Shown here piece by piece: positions 1 to 9,162 of a stretch of DNA of 64,000 nucleotides. The position numbers and the translations under genes were made by a program. This DNA is from a virus: the IMG/VR virus record IMGVR_UViG_3300025466_000015; one strand, written 5' to 3'. Position 1 is the first letter of the stretch. Every line of letters begins with the position of its first letter. Under the pieces are notes generated by a model. That model searched no databases, was not told the DNA's origin, and worked only from the letters and a program-made list of their open reading frames with translations.

Positions 1-1
1 T

Positions 2-1165
2 GATGGATTAAGTTCAACCGAAAGAACAAGACGCCAAGAATTAGGTTCAGCTTGGATTTTTAGACGAGCACTAAAAGATAATAGAAGATATACTAAATGG
101 GAAGATATCACTAAAGATCCAAAATATTCTGAATTAGGTGGACCAAAGGGAATATATCCACAAATCACAGCTGATTGGTTACAAGTATTTTTTCTACAAC
201 AAGAAAAGATGTTGGAAGAATTTTCCAATTCTAAATTCACAGAATTTAACAGAGAATATGGATTTATGGATTTTATTTCCAAATTAGTTAAAGACAAATA
301 TGGAATTTCTAAAAAAGATACTTGGGATCCAGCTGATATTTGGTGTATACAGAATGAAAAAAAGGTTATTTCTGATATAGAAAAACTTGTTAAAAAAGGC
401 GATTTTGATACGATACAACAATTAAATGCTTATCTGAGAACATTATTCAAAGAAAGAAAAGTTGTTGGTGTATCGTTAAAAAAAGTGTCGGGTAAACAAG
501 CAAAATATGAAGAAGTTAATGTTAAAGATGTTGAATTTGAAGATACTAAAAAACCAAGCTTCACTTTAGACAAACTAAGAGTTGAATTGGCCTTACAAAC
601 AGGAACATCAGCAGGTAAAAGTAAGCCAGTAAGTGCTGGAGCTGAATTTTGGTTAAAAGGTGAAGAAGGTGGAAAAGAAGTTACTTATAAAATAGATATA
701 AGGGGTCAAAGTAGTTCAAAATATTCTTTTCAAAAATTTGAACCTAAATCATCTCTTGCCACGAAAGCTAGATTGGGTAAAGCTCAAGCTGATTACGTTA
801 GACAATTGTTCAGAGAATATAAAGTGCCTATATTAGACTCAGCTTTAGATTATCCTTTAGATACAGCCGAGTTCTTAAAAAGAGAAGATGAATTTGTTAA
901 AATGTTTAACACAATAAAATCCAAATCTTATATTGAAACTGGTATAAAAGATGAAAAAGAATTTATTAAAAATATGAGAGCTATGTTTGTAAATACTGAA
1001 AAAGGTAAACCAGTTACAGCAAATTCAAAATGTCAACAAGTTGCTATATTTGCTTCTTTAGCTAAATTAAGTAAGAAACAAGTCGAAGAATTGGGAACAA
1101 AACTTGTGTTTGCTGGTGCTAAAAAAGGTGGTGGTGAATACGGACCTTTTGGAAAACTATATTAA
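2..1165 (+). CDS. 5'-truncated hypothetical protein, possible PD-(D/E)XK nuclease fold
   Basis: Frame is open from base 2, upstream of the track's ATG at 209. WDPADIW...GVSLKK resembles a PD...(S/E)xK motif. Confidence 0.5.
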   Translation, partial: DGLSSTERTRRQELGSAWIFRRALKDNRRYTKWEDITKDPKYSELGGPKGIYPQITADWLQVFFLQQEKMLEEFSNSKFTEFNREYGFMDFISKLVKDKYGISKKDTWDPADIWCIQNEKKVISDIEKLVKKGDFDTIQQLNAYLRTLFKERKVVGVSLKKVSGKQAKYEEVNVKDVEFEDTKKPSFTLDKLRVELALQTGTSAGKSKPVSAGAEFWLKGEEGGKEVTYKIDIRGQSSSKYSFQKFEPKSSLATKARLGKAQADYVRQLFREYKVPILDSALDYPLDTAEFLKREDEFVKMFNTIKSKSYIETGIKDEKEFIKNMRAMFVNTEKGKPVTANSKCQQVAIFASLAKLSKKQVEELGTKLVFAGAKKGGGEYGPFGKLY

Positions 1166-1179
1166 ATTTAGGAATAATT

Positions 1180-1896
1180 ATGAATAAAGTGACTGTGATT
1201 ATACCAACAACTGGTGCACCAACTCTTAGAAGTGCTATAGAGTCTGTATTGAATCAAACCGAATCGACCACTTGTTATGTCGTTGTTGATGGTGAAAAGT
1301 TCAGGGGAGCTTCTAAGGTAATATTGGATGATTACCTTGGTAATCCTAATCTAAAGGTATCATACTTACCAATTAATGTTGGTGCTAATGGTTTTTACGG
1401 ACACCGTATATATGCTTCTTTTACCCACCTGATTGACACAGAATTTGTAGGATATTTGGATCAGGATTGTTGGTTGGAAAATAACCACATAGAAAGTTGT
1501 TTAAAAACAATGACTTCTACGAATGCTGATTGGGTTTATTCACTCAGAAAAATATGTGGTAAACTTGGCGACTACATTTGTAATGACGATTGTGAGTCTC
1601 TTGGTAAGTGGCAAACATATCATGGCATCAATCATATAGATACTAATTCATATTGCCTTAGAACAAAAGTTGCAATACAATTAGCTTCAGTATGGCATGG
1701 CGGTTGGGGCCAAGATAGAGTATTCTATTCAGCGTTACAACAATATTTCAAAAATTATGAATGTACTGGTAAATATACGGTTAATTATCGTGTTGATGGT
1801 AATGCAGGTTCTGTTAATGCCGATTTTTTCAAAAATGGTAATGAAGTGATGAATAAAAAATATAATGGAGTTTTCCCATGGCGAGCCGAGTCTTAA
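1180..1896 (+). CDS. Glycosyltransferase family 2
   Basis: N-terminal VTVIIPT...AIESVLNQT...VVVDG and a DxD motif (YLDQD). Confidence 0.85.
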   Translation: MNKVTVIIPTTGAPTLRSAIESVLNQTESTTCYVVVDGEKFRGASKVILDDYLGNPNLKVSYLPINVGANGFYGHRIYASFTHLIDTEFVGYLDQDCWLENNHIESCLKTMTSTNADWVYSLRKICGKLGDYICNDDCESLGKWQTYHGINHIDTNSYCLRTKVAIQLASVWHGGWGQDRVFYSALQQYFKNYECTGKYTVNYRVDGNAGSVNADFFKNGNEVMNKKYNGVFPWRAES

Positions 1897-2690
1897 TAGT
1901 TGGTGACAATAGTTTTATTGGCCGTAATTTCTACAATAGTATTTCTCTAGAGCATGATGATGTTCTTGCTCACATTGTACCTTATAGTCACTTACATCAT
2001 GTTGATTTAAAAAGATATGATGTGGTTATCAATTGTGCTATTGCGTATGAATATAAAACTCAAACCTATAATGAAGCCTATGACTTAGATTGGCTTGTTG
2101 GAGTGAAAGCTGCAGAATCTGGTTGTCATTATATTATGATGAGTACCAGAAAAGTTTATGGAAATTCACCTATAATAGCACGTTATAGCGAAAGGCATCC
2201 ATTAAATCCTTTTGATCGATATAGTGAAAACAAATCTCTCACAGAAAAATTCTTAACCGAAAATGTAGAAAATCTAACGATACTGAGGGGTTCAAACATT
2301 TATGGTTTTGAATTAGGTAGAAGTTCTTTTGTAGGTTATTGTATGAACCAACTAAAAGCTACTGGTACTATCAAATATGATATGGAAAAAAGTATCAAAC
2401 GAGACTTTATAAGTATAGAACGAGTTTGTGAATTGTTGAAAAAAATCTGTGAGATAAGACCAAAAGGAATATACAACTTGAGTTCTGATTTTGGATTGGA
2501 AATATCCAAGATAGCAAGAGGTCTTATTCTAGGTTATGGCCAAGGCAATTTCATTCAAGTAGATTCGCTTGCCAAGGAACAATTTATATTAGATAATACA
2601 AAGTTAGAAGATGCTTGTAATATGAAGATTAAAATTTCAAATTACAGTAATGATTTTTATAACATGGGAATAAAATTATGGATGATTTAG
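1878..2690 (+). CDS. NAD-dependent epimerase/dehydratase (extended SDR)
   Basis: VLIVGDNSFIG Rossmann-like start, STRKVYG, YxxxK (YSENK). Confidence 0.8.
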   Translation: MASRVLIVGDNSFIGRNFYNSISLEHDDVLAHIVPYSHLHHVDLKRYDVVINCAIAYEYKTQTYNEAYDLDWLVGVKAAESGCHYIMMSTRKVYGNSPIIARYSERHPLNPFDRYSENKSLTEKFLTENVENLTILRGSNIYGFELGRSSFVGYCMNQLKATGTIKYDMEKSIKRDFISIERVCELLKKICEIRPKGIYNLSSDFGLEISKIARGLILGYGQGNFIQVDSLAKEQFILDNTKLEDACNMKIKISNYSNDFYNMGIKLWMI

Positions 2691-3526
2691 TGATATCGGC
2701 TATATCGATATATGATTTTGAAAAGATTAAACATTGGGTTCATTCTTTAGAAAGAACGGGATATTCTGGTCGCAAAGGTATGATTGTGTTCAATGTCTTG
2801 GACGATACAATCGAAAAACTAAAAGATCACGGCTTTGAAATTTTTGTAGTGAGTCAACAAAGAAACAAAGAAAACAATGGATTTCATTTTGCTGATGGAT
2901 TTGGTTATCAAGTACCAACACTCAGACATTATTTCTATTGGAAATTCCTAAAAGACCTAAAAGACATTCGGTACGTCATCTCTACCGATGTTGATATTGT
3001 GTTTCAGTCTGATCCTTCTGAATGGCTGACCAAAAATATGGGTGATAAAAAACTTAATTATGGCGGTGAAGGTTTGAAATACAAAGACGAACCTTGGGGT
3101 TACGATAATATTGGTCAATGTTTTGGACCAGATATTCGAGATTACATGGCCGAAACACAAATCTATAACGCCGGATCAATGGCAGGTGAATTTAAAACAT
3201 TCATTGATTACTCTCTGACATTAGCATTAATGATTGAAGGCATCAGAAATCCTGTACCTGACCAAGCTGCTGTTAATGTGTTATTGTCAACTGAGCCGTA
3301 TAAGTCAATTACCAATTTCAATAGTGGTGATACTAATTGGGCTTGTCAATGTGGTACGATGGTTGATCCAAGTAAAATGAATCAATTTAAACCTAATCTA
3401 TTGTGTAAAGAACCAACATTTGAAGATGGATTTGTTTATAACAGTTTTGGTGAAAAATATGTGATGGTTCACCAATACAATAGGGTTCCAAATTGGAAAA
3501 AAATACTTGAGGAAAAATATGAGTGA
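2678..3526 (+). CDS. Putative GT-A fold glycosyltransferase
   Basis: TDVDIVFQ (DxD), NAG, DQAAVN and HQY motifs; cluster context. Confidence 0.65.
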   Translation: MDDLVISAISIYDFEKIKHWVHSLERTGYSGRKGMIVFNVLDDTIEKLKDHGFEIFVVSQQRNKENNGFHFADGFGYQVPTLRHYFYWKFLKDLKDIRYVISTDVDIVFQSDPSEWLTKNMGDKKLNYGGEGLKYKDEPWGYDNIGQCFGPDIRDYMAETQIYNAGSMAGEFKTFIDYSLTLALMIEGIRNPVPDQAAVNVLLSTEPYKSITNFNSGDTNWACQCGTMVDPSKMNQFKPNLLCKEPTFEDGFVYNSFGEKYVMVHQYNRVPNWKKILEEKYE

Positions 3527-4358
3527 TATTACAATTGTAACAGCATTCTTTGATATTGGCCGTGGAAGATTGCCGAAAACCAAATATGGCCGAGTTCTTC
3601 CTTTTTATGAACATAGGTCTGTTGATACCTATTTTGAATTCTTTACAAATTTAGCCAAAATCAAAAATGACATGGTGATTTATACTTCACCTGATTTTGC
3701 TGAAAAAATTTATGATATTAGAAATAAATTTGGATTAGCTGATAAGACAACTGTTGTCGTTATGGATTCTTATATGCCAAAAGGCCTTGAGATTTATAAA
3801 GAAAGAACAGAAAAGGTCATGCAATCCGAAGATTACATTTCTAAAATTCAAAGACCTGAATTGATTGAATATTGGCACGCTGATTATGTATTGGTTAATA
3901 TGTTTAAATCACTTTATGTTAATCATGCAATTGAAAGTGGCCACGTTAAGACTGATGTGACAGCTTGGATAGATTTTGGTTATTGTCGTGATGGTAACAG
4001 GTTGCCAGAAAATAATGTTTGGTCATATGATTTTAATCCAGATAAAATACACTTCTTCAATATCAAGCCTATTGAAAAAGATAGACCTATTGTAGAAATT
4101 ATATCTACGGGTGATGTTTATATTATGGGATGCCATATGGTTGCTGGTACCAAAATGTGGCCAAGAGTTAGAGAATTAATATTTGGCAACTTTGAAGTTT
4201 TGTTAAATAACAATCTATGTGATGATGACCAAACGTTATTGTTGATGTCTTACTTGGTCACACCAGAAGAATTTGAATTGAGGTTCGTAGATCCATCCGA
4301 TTGGTTTATTATATTTAAGGATTATAATGATAGCAGTAATATCTCCACGAATTCATAA
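3519..4358 (+). CDS. HtrL/YibB-family putative glycosyltransferase
   Basis: MSDITIVTAFFDIGRG, AWIDFG, DDDQTLL. Confidence 0.75.
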   Translation: MSDITIVTAFFDIGRGRLPKTKYGRVLPFYEHRSVDTYFEFFTNLAKIKNDMVIYTSPDFAEKIYDIRNKFGLADKTTVVVMDSYMPKGLEIYKERTEKVMQSEDYISKIQRPELIEYWHADYVLVNMFKSLYVNHAIESGHVKTDVTAWIDFGYCRDGNRLPENNVWSYDFNPDKIHFFNIKPIEKDRPIVEIISTGDVYIMGCHMVAGTKMWPRVRELIFGNFEVLLNNNLCDDDQTLLLMSYLVTPEEFELRFVDPSDWFIIFKDYNDSSNISTNS

Positions 4359-5076
4359 TCTAGGCGATTTTGTTCATTGTTTGCCAGTTCTTTCTGGTTT
4401 ATATAAATTTACAAATCATAAAATGTGGTTTATTATTTGTAACAGACTAAAACGATTCAAAGGAATTAAAGATTTGTTACTAGCTCAAGAAATGTTTGAG
4501 AAAGTTACATTTGTTGATGAAGAATCAGTTAATTGGGAAAGATGTATATTAATTGATGACACCGGTAGTGATATAGGCTATGGATCACGACCAATTGTTC
4601 AACAAAGATATTATAATTTCATCAAAAATAATTATAGAATTAATTTTGAATTTGATGATGATTTTGAATTACAAGTACCAAAACTTGATATTGATTACCG
4701 TGAAAAACAATTAATTGTTGGAGATCGGTGGTCACCCAAGGATGCTCCAGATGTGGATGACCGTAGGAATTTTAATGTCATTGAATCTTCTGGTATAGTT
4801 AAAGATTATAATACCTTGTATCTTGACTACAAGAACGACTTGGTGTATAATTGTTCTTTAATCAAGTATAATCCCAATCCTTTCGTCACCACAATTACAG
4901 GAATTGGTATTGTAGCCGATTTGATGAAGAAAGATACTTATGTCCTATGGGACGAAGATATGAGGACATGGCAAGGAGATCCTGTTGACCATGTATTCAG
5001 ACTTCATCATTTTGAAAACCGAAATACCAAACTTGTCTACATCAAAGATTTCATATATGAAAATCAAACTGTTTAG
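4327..5076 (+). CDS. GT9 (heptosyltransferase)-like protein
   Basis: N-terminal HNLGDFVHCLPVL resembles the GT9 xxGD motif; TGIGIVA near the C-terminus. Confidence 0.5.
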   Translation: MIAVISPRIHNLGDFVHCLPVLSGLYKFTNHKMWFIICNRLKRFKGIKDLLLAQEMFEKVTFVDEESVNWERCILIDDTGSDIGYGSRPIVQQRYYNFIKNNYRINFEFDDDFELQVPKLDIDYREKQLIVGDRWSPKDAPDVDDRRNFNVIESSGIVKDYNTLYLDYKNDLVYNCSLIKYNPNPFVTTITGIGIVADLMKKDTYVLWDEDMRTWQGDPVDHVFRLHHFENRNTKLVYIKDFIYENQTV

Positions 5077-5710
5077 CCATGCCGTATCATTAGATGGTAC
5101 AACACAAATCACAAAAACTCAAACAGATTTGCTTTTAAGTACTGGTTTAGCCGAAGCTGCTGAAATCAATATGATGTTACATTTTAAAGAAGAACCATTC
5201 TTATGGATGAAAGACAAGTTGCCTAACGCAAACTATAAAGTTTTTGATTCTTCTTATGGTCAATGGTTTGAAGGTACTACAATGCTTCATATACAAGAAT
5301 TGGTACACTCCACCGATGAAGAATTTTATGTTTGTTACATTCATCATAAAGGATTAACAAGTAATCTGACCGATTGGCGGACATATATGGAATATTGGAA
5401 CATTATTCGATGGAAAGATTGTGTTGCCAAATTAGATGAAGGTTATGATACTTGTGGTGCTTCGTTTTTAAATGATCCACCACATCCGTTCTATGCTGGA
5501 AATTTCTGGTGGGCCAGAGCTTCTTATCTTAGAAGGTGTAAAAGACTAAAAACTCCAAAAGAAAACAAGTTACAACCACAATTTTCTGGTCAACCACACC
5601 ATCGATTTGACTATGAATGTTGGCATGGTAGTGGTAACCCTAAAGCATACGATTTACATCCTGGTCCAAAAAATCGTTGGTATTGGCGTCCGGAAATGTA
5701 CCAAAAGTGA
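5057..5710 (+). CDS. Hypothetical protein, glycosyltransferase-like
   Basis: YIHHKG and FYAGNFWWA motifs; last gene of the glycosylation cluster. Confidence 0.45.
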   Translation: MKIKLFSHAVSLDGTTQITKTQTDLLLSTGLAEAAEINMMLHFKEEPFLWMKDKLPNANYKVFDSSYGQWFEGTTMLHIQELVHSTDEEFYVCYIHHKGLTSNLTDWRTYMEYWNIIRWKDCVAKLDEGYDTCGASFLNDPPHPFYAGNFWWARASYLRRCKRLKTPKENKLQPQFSGQPHHRFDYECWHGSGNPKAYDLHPGPKNRWYWRPEMYQK

Positions 5711-5763
5711 CTATGTATCAAACCGAATAATTTAAAAAATCGGTCATATGAGTTTAAAAGTTG

Positions 5764-5771
5764 TATAAATA
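5764..5771 (+). promoter_or_regulatory. T4-type late promoter
   Basis: Exact TATAAATA, intergenic, about 45 nt upstream of the ATG at 5816. Confidence 0.8.
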
Positions 5772-5815
5772 AACCTACGGACAACCATAGTGTGTTGTAT
5801 TTCTAGGGAAAATCA

Positions 5816-7027
5816 ATGAAAACTTTTATATCGTTTCTGACTGAAGAAGCTGCTGATGAAGGCGGCCAGCTCAAACACATTCACCATGCTGAAGATAGAC
5901 CTTTAATGCACGGTCATGCTGGTTTTGAACATGCTTATGGTGCTTTACAACAAGCACACGAACATATTAAGGCTGGCCACAAAAGTAGTAATTTAACAAT
6001 GAAATATGATGGTTCTCCATCAATTGTCTTTGGTCACCATCCACATACTGGTAAATTCTTTGTTGCTTCCAAATCTGCTTTCAATAAGAATCCAAAGATT
6101 AACTACTCTGAAAAAGATATTCAGAAGAATCATGGCCATGCTCCAGGCTTAGTAAAAACTCTTAAACATGCACTCAAACACCTACCAAAAGTAACACCTA
6201 AAACTGGTGTTTATCAAGGTGATGTGATGCATCATGCAGAAACTAAGACATTAAAAGAAGAACATTTGTTTGAAGCTGCAAAAAATAAAGTATCTTTTAC
6301 ACCAAATACCATCACCTATACTGCACACGGTGATGAAGCTAAGAAAATTAACAAATCTAAGATTGGTGTCGTAGTTCACCAAAAATATAGTGATGACATG
6401 AAACATGCTTCACCTCATGTTGACCACCATAACTTTAAAGAACATCCAGATGTCCATATTCATGGTGCTGAACATGATACAAGTAAGGTTCAACACAGTC
6501 CGGAGAATGAACATGAGTTTCATAAACACATGGCTGCAGCTAAAGAGATACACGACACACATGGCCACAAAATGTATGATGCCGTTCATCATGCTCATGG
6601 TGGAGAATCCGGTCATCTATCCACTTACATTAATCATACAGTAAGACACGATCAGGTTCCAAGTGTTAAAGGATTCCAAGCACACCTTTATAGCCAACAT
6701 GAAAAAATGGCATCCAAAGTAAAATCGGATAAATCTAAGAATGAAAAACGTACTGAAGGTGAACACCAGATTAAACATGTGGAAAAAAATAAATCTGCAT
6801 ATGGCCATTTGTTCTCTATGCATCACCATTTACACCAAGCCAAGAATTCTTTGGTGAAATCATTGGAAACGCATGAGGGTAAATATGAACACCATATTGA
6901 AGGTAAGAAATCTAAACCAGAAGGTTTTGTGGTAAACCATAAACCAGAAGGCGGTAAAGAAGAACCAACAAAATTGGTAAATAGAGCTGAATTCGCTAAG
7001 GCCAATCTTTTAAAAGTTAGAAAATGA
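5816..7027 (+). CDS. His-rich ligase-fold nucleotidyltransferase-like protein (DUF6267-like) with putative capsid-targeting leader
   Basis: Ligase-like motifs KYDG, YQGD, EGFVV and KLV; leader MKTFISFLTE; about 55 His in 403 aa. Confidence 0.65.
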   Translation: MKTFISFLTEEAADEGGQLKHIHHAEDRPLMHGHAGFEHAYGALQQAHEHIKAGHKSSNLTMKYDGSPSIVFGHHPHTGKFFVASKSAFNKNPKINYSEKDIQKNHGHAPGLVKTLKHALKHLPKVTPKTGVYQGDVMHHAETKTLKEEHLFEAAKNKVSFTPNTITYTAHGDEAKKINKSKIGVVVHQKYSDDMKHASPHVDHHNFKEHPDVHIHGAEHDTSKVQHSPENEHEFHKHMAAAKEIHDTHGHKMYDAVHHAHGGESGHLSTYINHTVRHDQVPSVKGFQAHLYSQHEKMASKVKSDKSKNEKRTEGEHQIKHVEKNKSAYGHLFSMHHHLHQAKNSLVKSLETHEGKYEHHIEGKKSKPEGFVVNHKPEGGKEEPTKLVNRAEFAKANLLKVRK

Positions 7028-9162
7028 AGTCGTTTTTAGATATAGTTCAAGAAGCCAAAAGTGATGAGGTGCATCATGTGATGACCTTTGGCCGGATGAA
7101 TCCGCCTACAACTGGCCACTTGAAGTTGATTGATAAAGTTAAAGATGTGGCTAAAAAGAATAATGCTGGTCACACAGTTGTCACATCACATTCACAAGAT
7201 GCAAAGAAGAATCCATTATCGGCAGCTCAGAAGATTAAACACCTAAAAAGATATTCTCCAGGTACTCACTTTGAAGCTTCCAACAAAGAACATCCAACAT
7301 TCTTACATCACGCAGCCAAAATCCACAAGAAAGGCGTAACTCACCTTCACATGGTGGTTGGTTCTGACCGTGTTAAAGAAATGAGAGAGAAGTTGCACAG
7401 ATATAATGGTACACATGAAGGTGCCTTGTATAACTTCAAAAAGATTACAGTTCACTCAGCTGGTGAAAGAGATCCTGATGCTGAAGGTGATACTGGTATG
7501 TCTGGTACCAAGATGAGAGAACATGCCAAGAATAAAGATATGAAATCTTTTAGACAAGGCGTTCCACATCATGTTTCTGATGAACATGCAAAAGAATTGA
7601 TGCATGATACTCGTAAAGGTATGGGTTTACATGAAGATATTTACCGTGGCGTATTCAAGGCCATCTTTGTAACTGGTGGACCTGGTTCTGGTAAAGATAT
7701 TGTTATTCGTGAAGCTATTGCTGAGGCCAGAGCTGTTGAATTAAACTCCGTACAAGCATTTGAATACTTGGCCGATAAACAAAAGTTATCCGAAAGAACT
7801 AATGATTTCCGTAGAGAAGCCATTAGAACAAGGTCACCATTGATTATTAATGGACCTGCTGATGATGCTCAACGTATTGTTTATGTTAAAGAAGAATTAG
7901 AAGATTTAGGTTATGAAACCATGATGGTTTTTGTTAACACAACTGATGAGGTGAGTAAAGAGAGAAACGAAAAACTTAAAAGGACAATTGGTGAATCTGT
8001 ACGTCACGATAAATGGATTCAGTCACAAAACCTTAAAGAATCATACTCTCAGAACTTTACCACTTTTATGAACTTTGATAATGATGGTTCCTATGAACAG
8101 ATAGAGGAAGACATTACTGACACATATCAAAGCATAAATCGCTTTTTTGACAAATCTCCATATAATGATGTTGCATTTTCATGGTTAGAAAATCGTGGAA
8201 AGTTAAATACTGGTGTTAACTCTAATCTTTTTAAGGAAGAAAAAAATGTTTCAAAAAATTCTAAATCTATTCAAACTAAAACCGCTGCCAAATACAACCC
8301 AGCCTATCGAGCAGCCGGCCCAAGTGACATCCCCCCAGATAACGACAAGTCCGGTGGCGGAAACCCGGACGATGTTAAATTCAACGCCGTCAAACGTACA
8401 GGTACCTATACCTTCAGAACTTACTCCGAGTCCCGTGACTCCGGCTCCTTCAATTCAGGTAACGACAACAGAAGTTACGGCACAGCCCCAACCCTCCAAG
8501 CGGGGAAGAAAGCCAAAGAATCAAGGTTCCAACAAGACAACGACAAAACGAAAAGGTTAAAAAGAGGTGATACTTCTTTAAAAGCCACTAGAGTTGGTAG
8601 GCCTGACGGTGTTGGGTCTACAATTAATACTAGAGGTTATGATGGTTTAACTGGTGGTGCAGGCCTTGGTGACGCTACATACAGAGAAGAAACGAAACCA
8701 AAATTAATCAAAAAAGATAGACTAGGTCCAGAATATTCTACAAGTAACAGACCAACTGGTGATACCGCAGGTCCAAGACCAAGTAATAACTTTGTTGGTG
8801 AAAAACGTAAGTTTAAGAGTACTGTCATTAAAGAGTTTAATGGATTCCAAAATGATGTGGAGTCTGGTGTTGGTGGTACGTTAGGTGGTTCTGGTAACAT
8901 GGAGAAAATGGACTCCTATAAAGACCAAATGCGTAACATCGGTACTGAAGTCAAAGTTAAGAAGAAGAAAAAATTAAAAGAGAATCATGTAAGAGAACTT
9001 GAAAAAGGTTTACAACAATTGAACAGTCACGATTATGACACAATTCATAATCTAATGATGAAAGTATCTAAAGACCATGGCGTAACTGGTAAACAACTTC
9101 ATAATGATTTCAAATCTGAACATGGTAAAACACCTGATAACTGGATTAAGGAAAAGAAATGA
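7024..9162 (+). CDS. HxGH nucleotidyltransferase fused to a P-loop kinase-like domain and a low-complexity tail
   Basis: FGRMNPPTTGH, VVGSDR, MSGTKMR, then AIFVTGGPGSGKD; leader MKSFLDIVQE. Confidence 0.8.
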   Translation: MKSFLDIVQEAKSDEVHHVMTFGRMNPPTTGHLKLIDKVKDVAKKNNAGHTVVTSHSQDAKKNPLSAAQKIKHLKRYSPGTHFEASNKEHPTFLHHAAKIHKKGVTHLHMVVGSDRVKEMREKLHRYNGTHEGALYNFKKITVHSAGERDPDAEGDTGMSGTKMREHAKNKDMKSFRQGVPHHVSDEHAKELMHDTRKGMGLHEDIYRGVFKAIFVTGGPGSGKDIVIREAIAEARAVELNSVQAFEYLADKQKLSERTNDFRREAIRTRSPLIINGPADDAQRIVYVKEELEDLGYETMMVFVNTTDEVSKERNEKLKRTIGESVRHDKWIQSQNLKESYSQNFTTFMNFDNDGSYEQIEEDITDTYQSINRFFDKSPYNDVAFSWLENRGKLNTGVNSNLFKEEKNVSKNSKSIQTKTAAKYNPAYRAAGPSDIPPDNDKSGGGNPDDVKFNAVKRTGTYTFRTYSESRDSGSFNSGNDNRSYGTAPTLQAGKKAKESRFQQDNDKTKRLKRGDTSLKATRVGRPDGVGSTINTRGYDGLTGGAGLGDATYREETKPKLIKKDRLGPEYSTSNRPTGDTAGPRPSNNFVGEKRKFKSTVIKEFNGFQNDVESGVGGTLGGSGNMEKMDSYKDQMRNIGTEVKVKKKKKLKENHVRELEKGLQQLNSHDYDTIHNLMMKVSKDHGVTGKQLHNDFKSEHGKTPDNWIKEKK
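8246..8560 (+). CDS. Candidate overprinted +1-frame gene (104 aa, Pro/Thr-rich, basic tail)
   Basis: AAGGA RBS before the ATG; host-frame codons shift to C-ending over this interval; MFQKILNLFK...KRGRKPK. Confidence 0.5.
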   Translation: MFQKILNLFKLKPLPNTTQPIEQPAQVTSPQITTSPVAETRTMLNSTPSNVQVPIPSELTPSPVTPAPSIQVTTTEVTAQPQPSKRGRKPKNQGSNKTTTKRKG

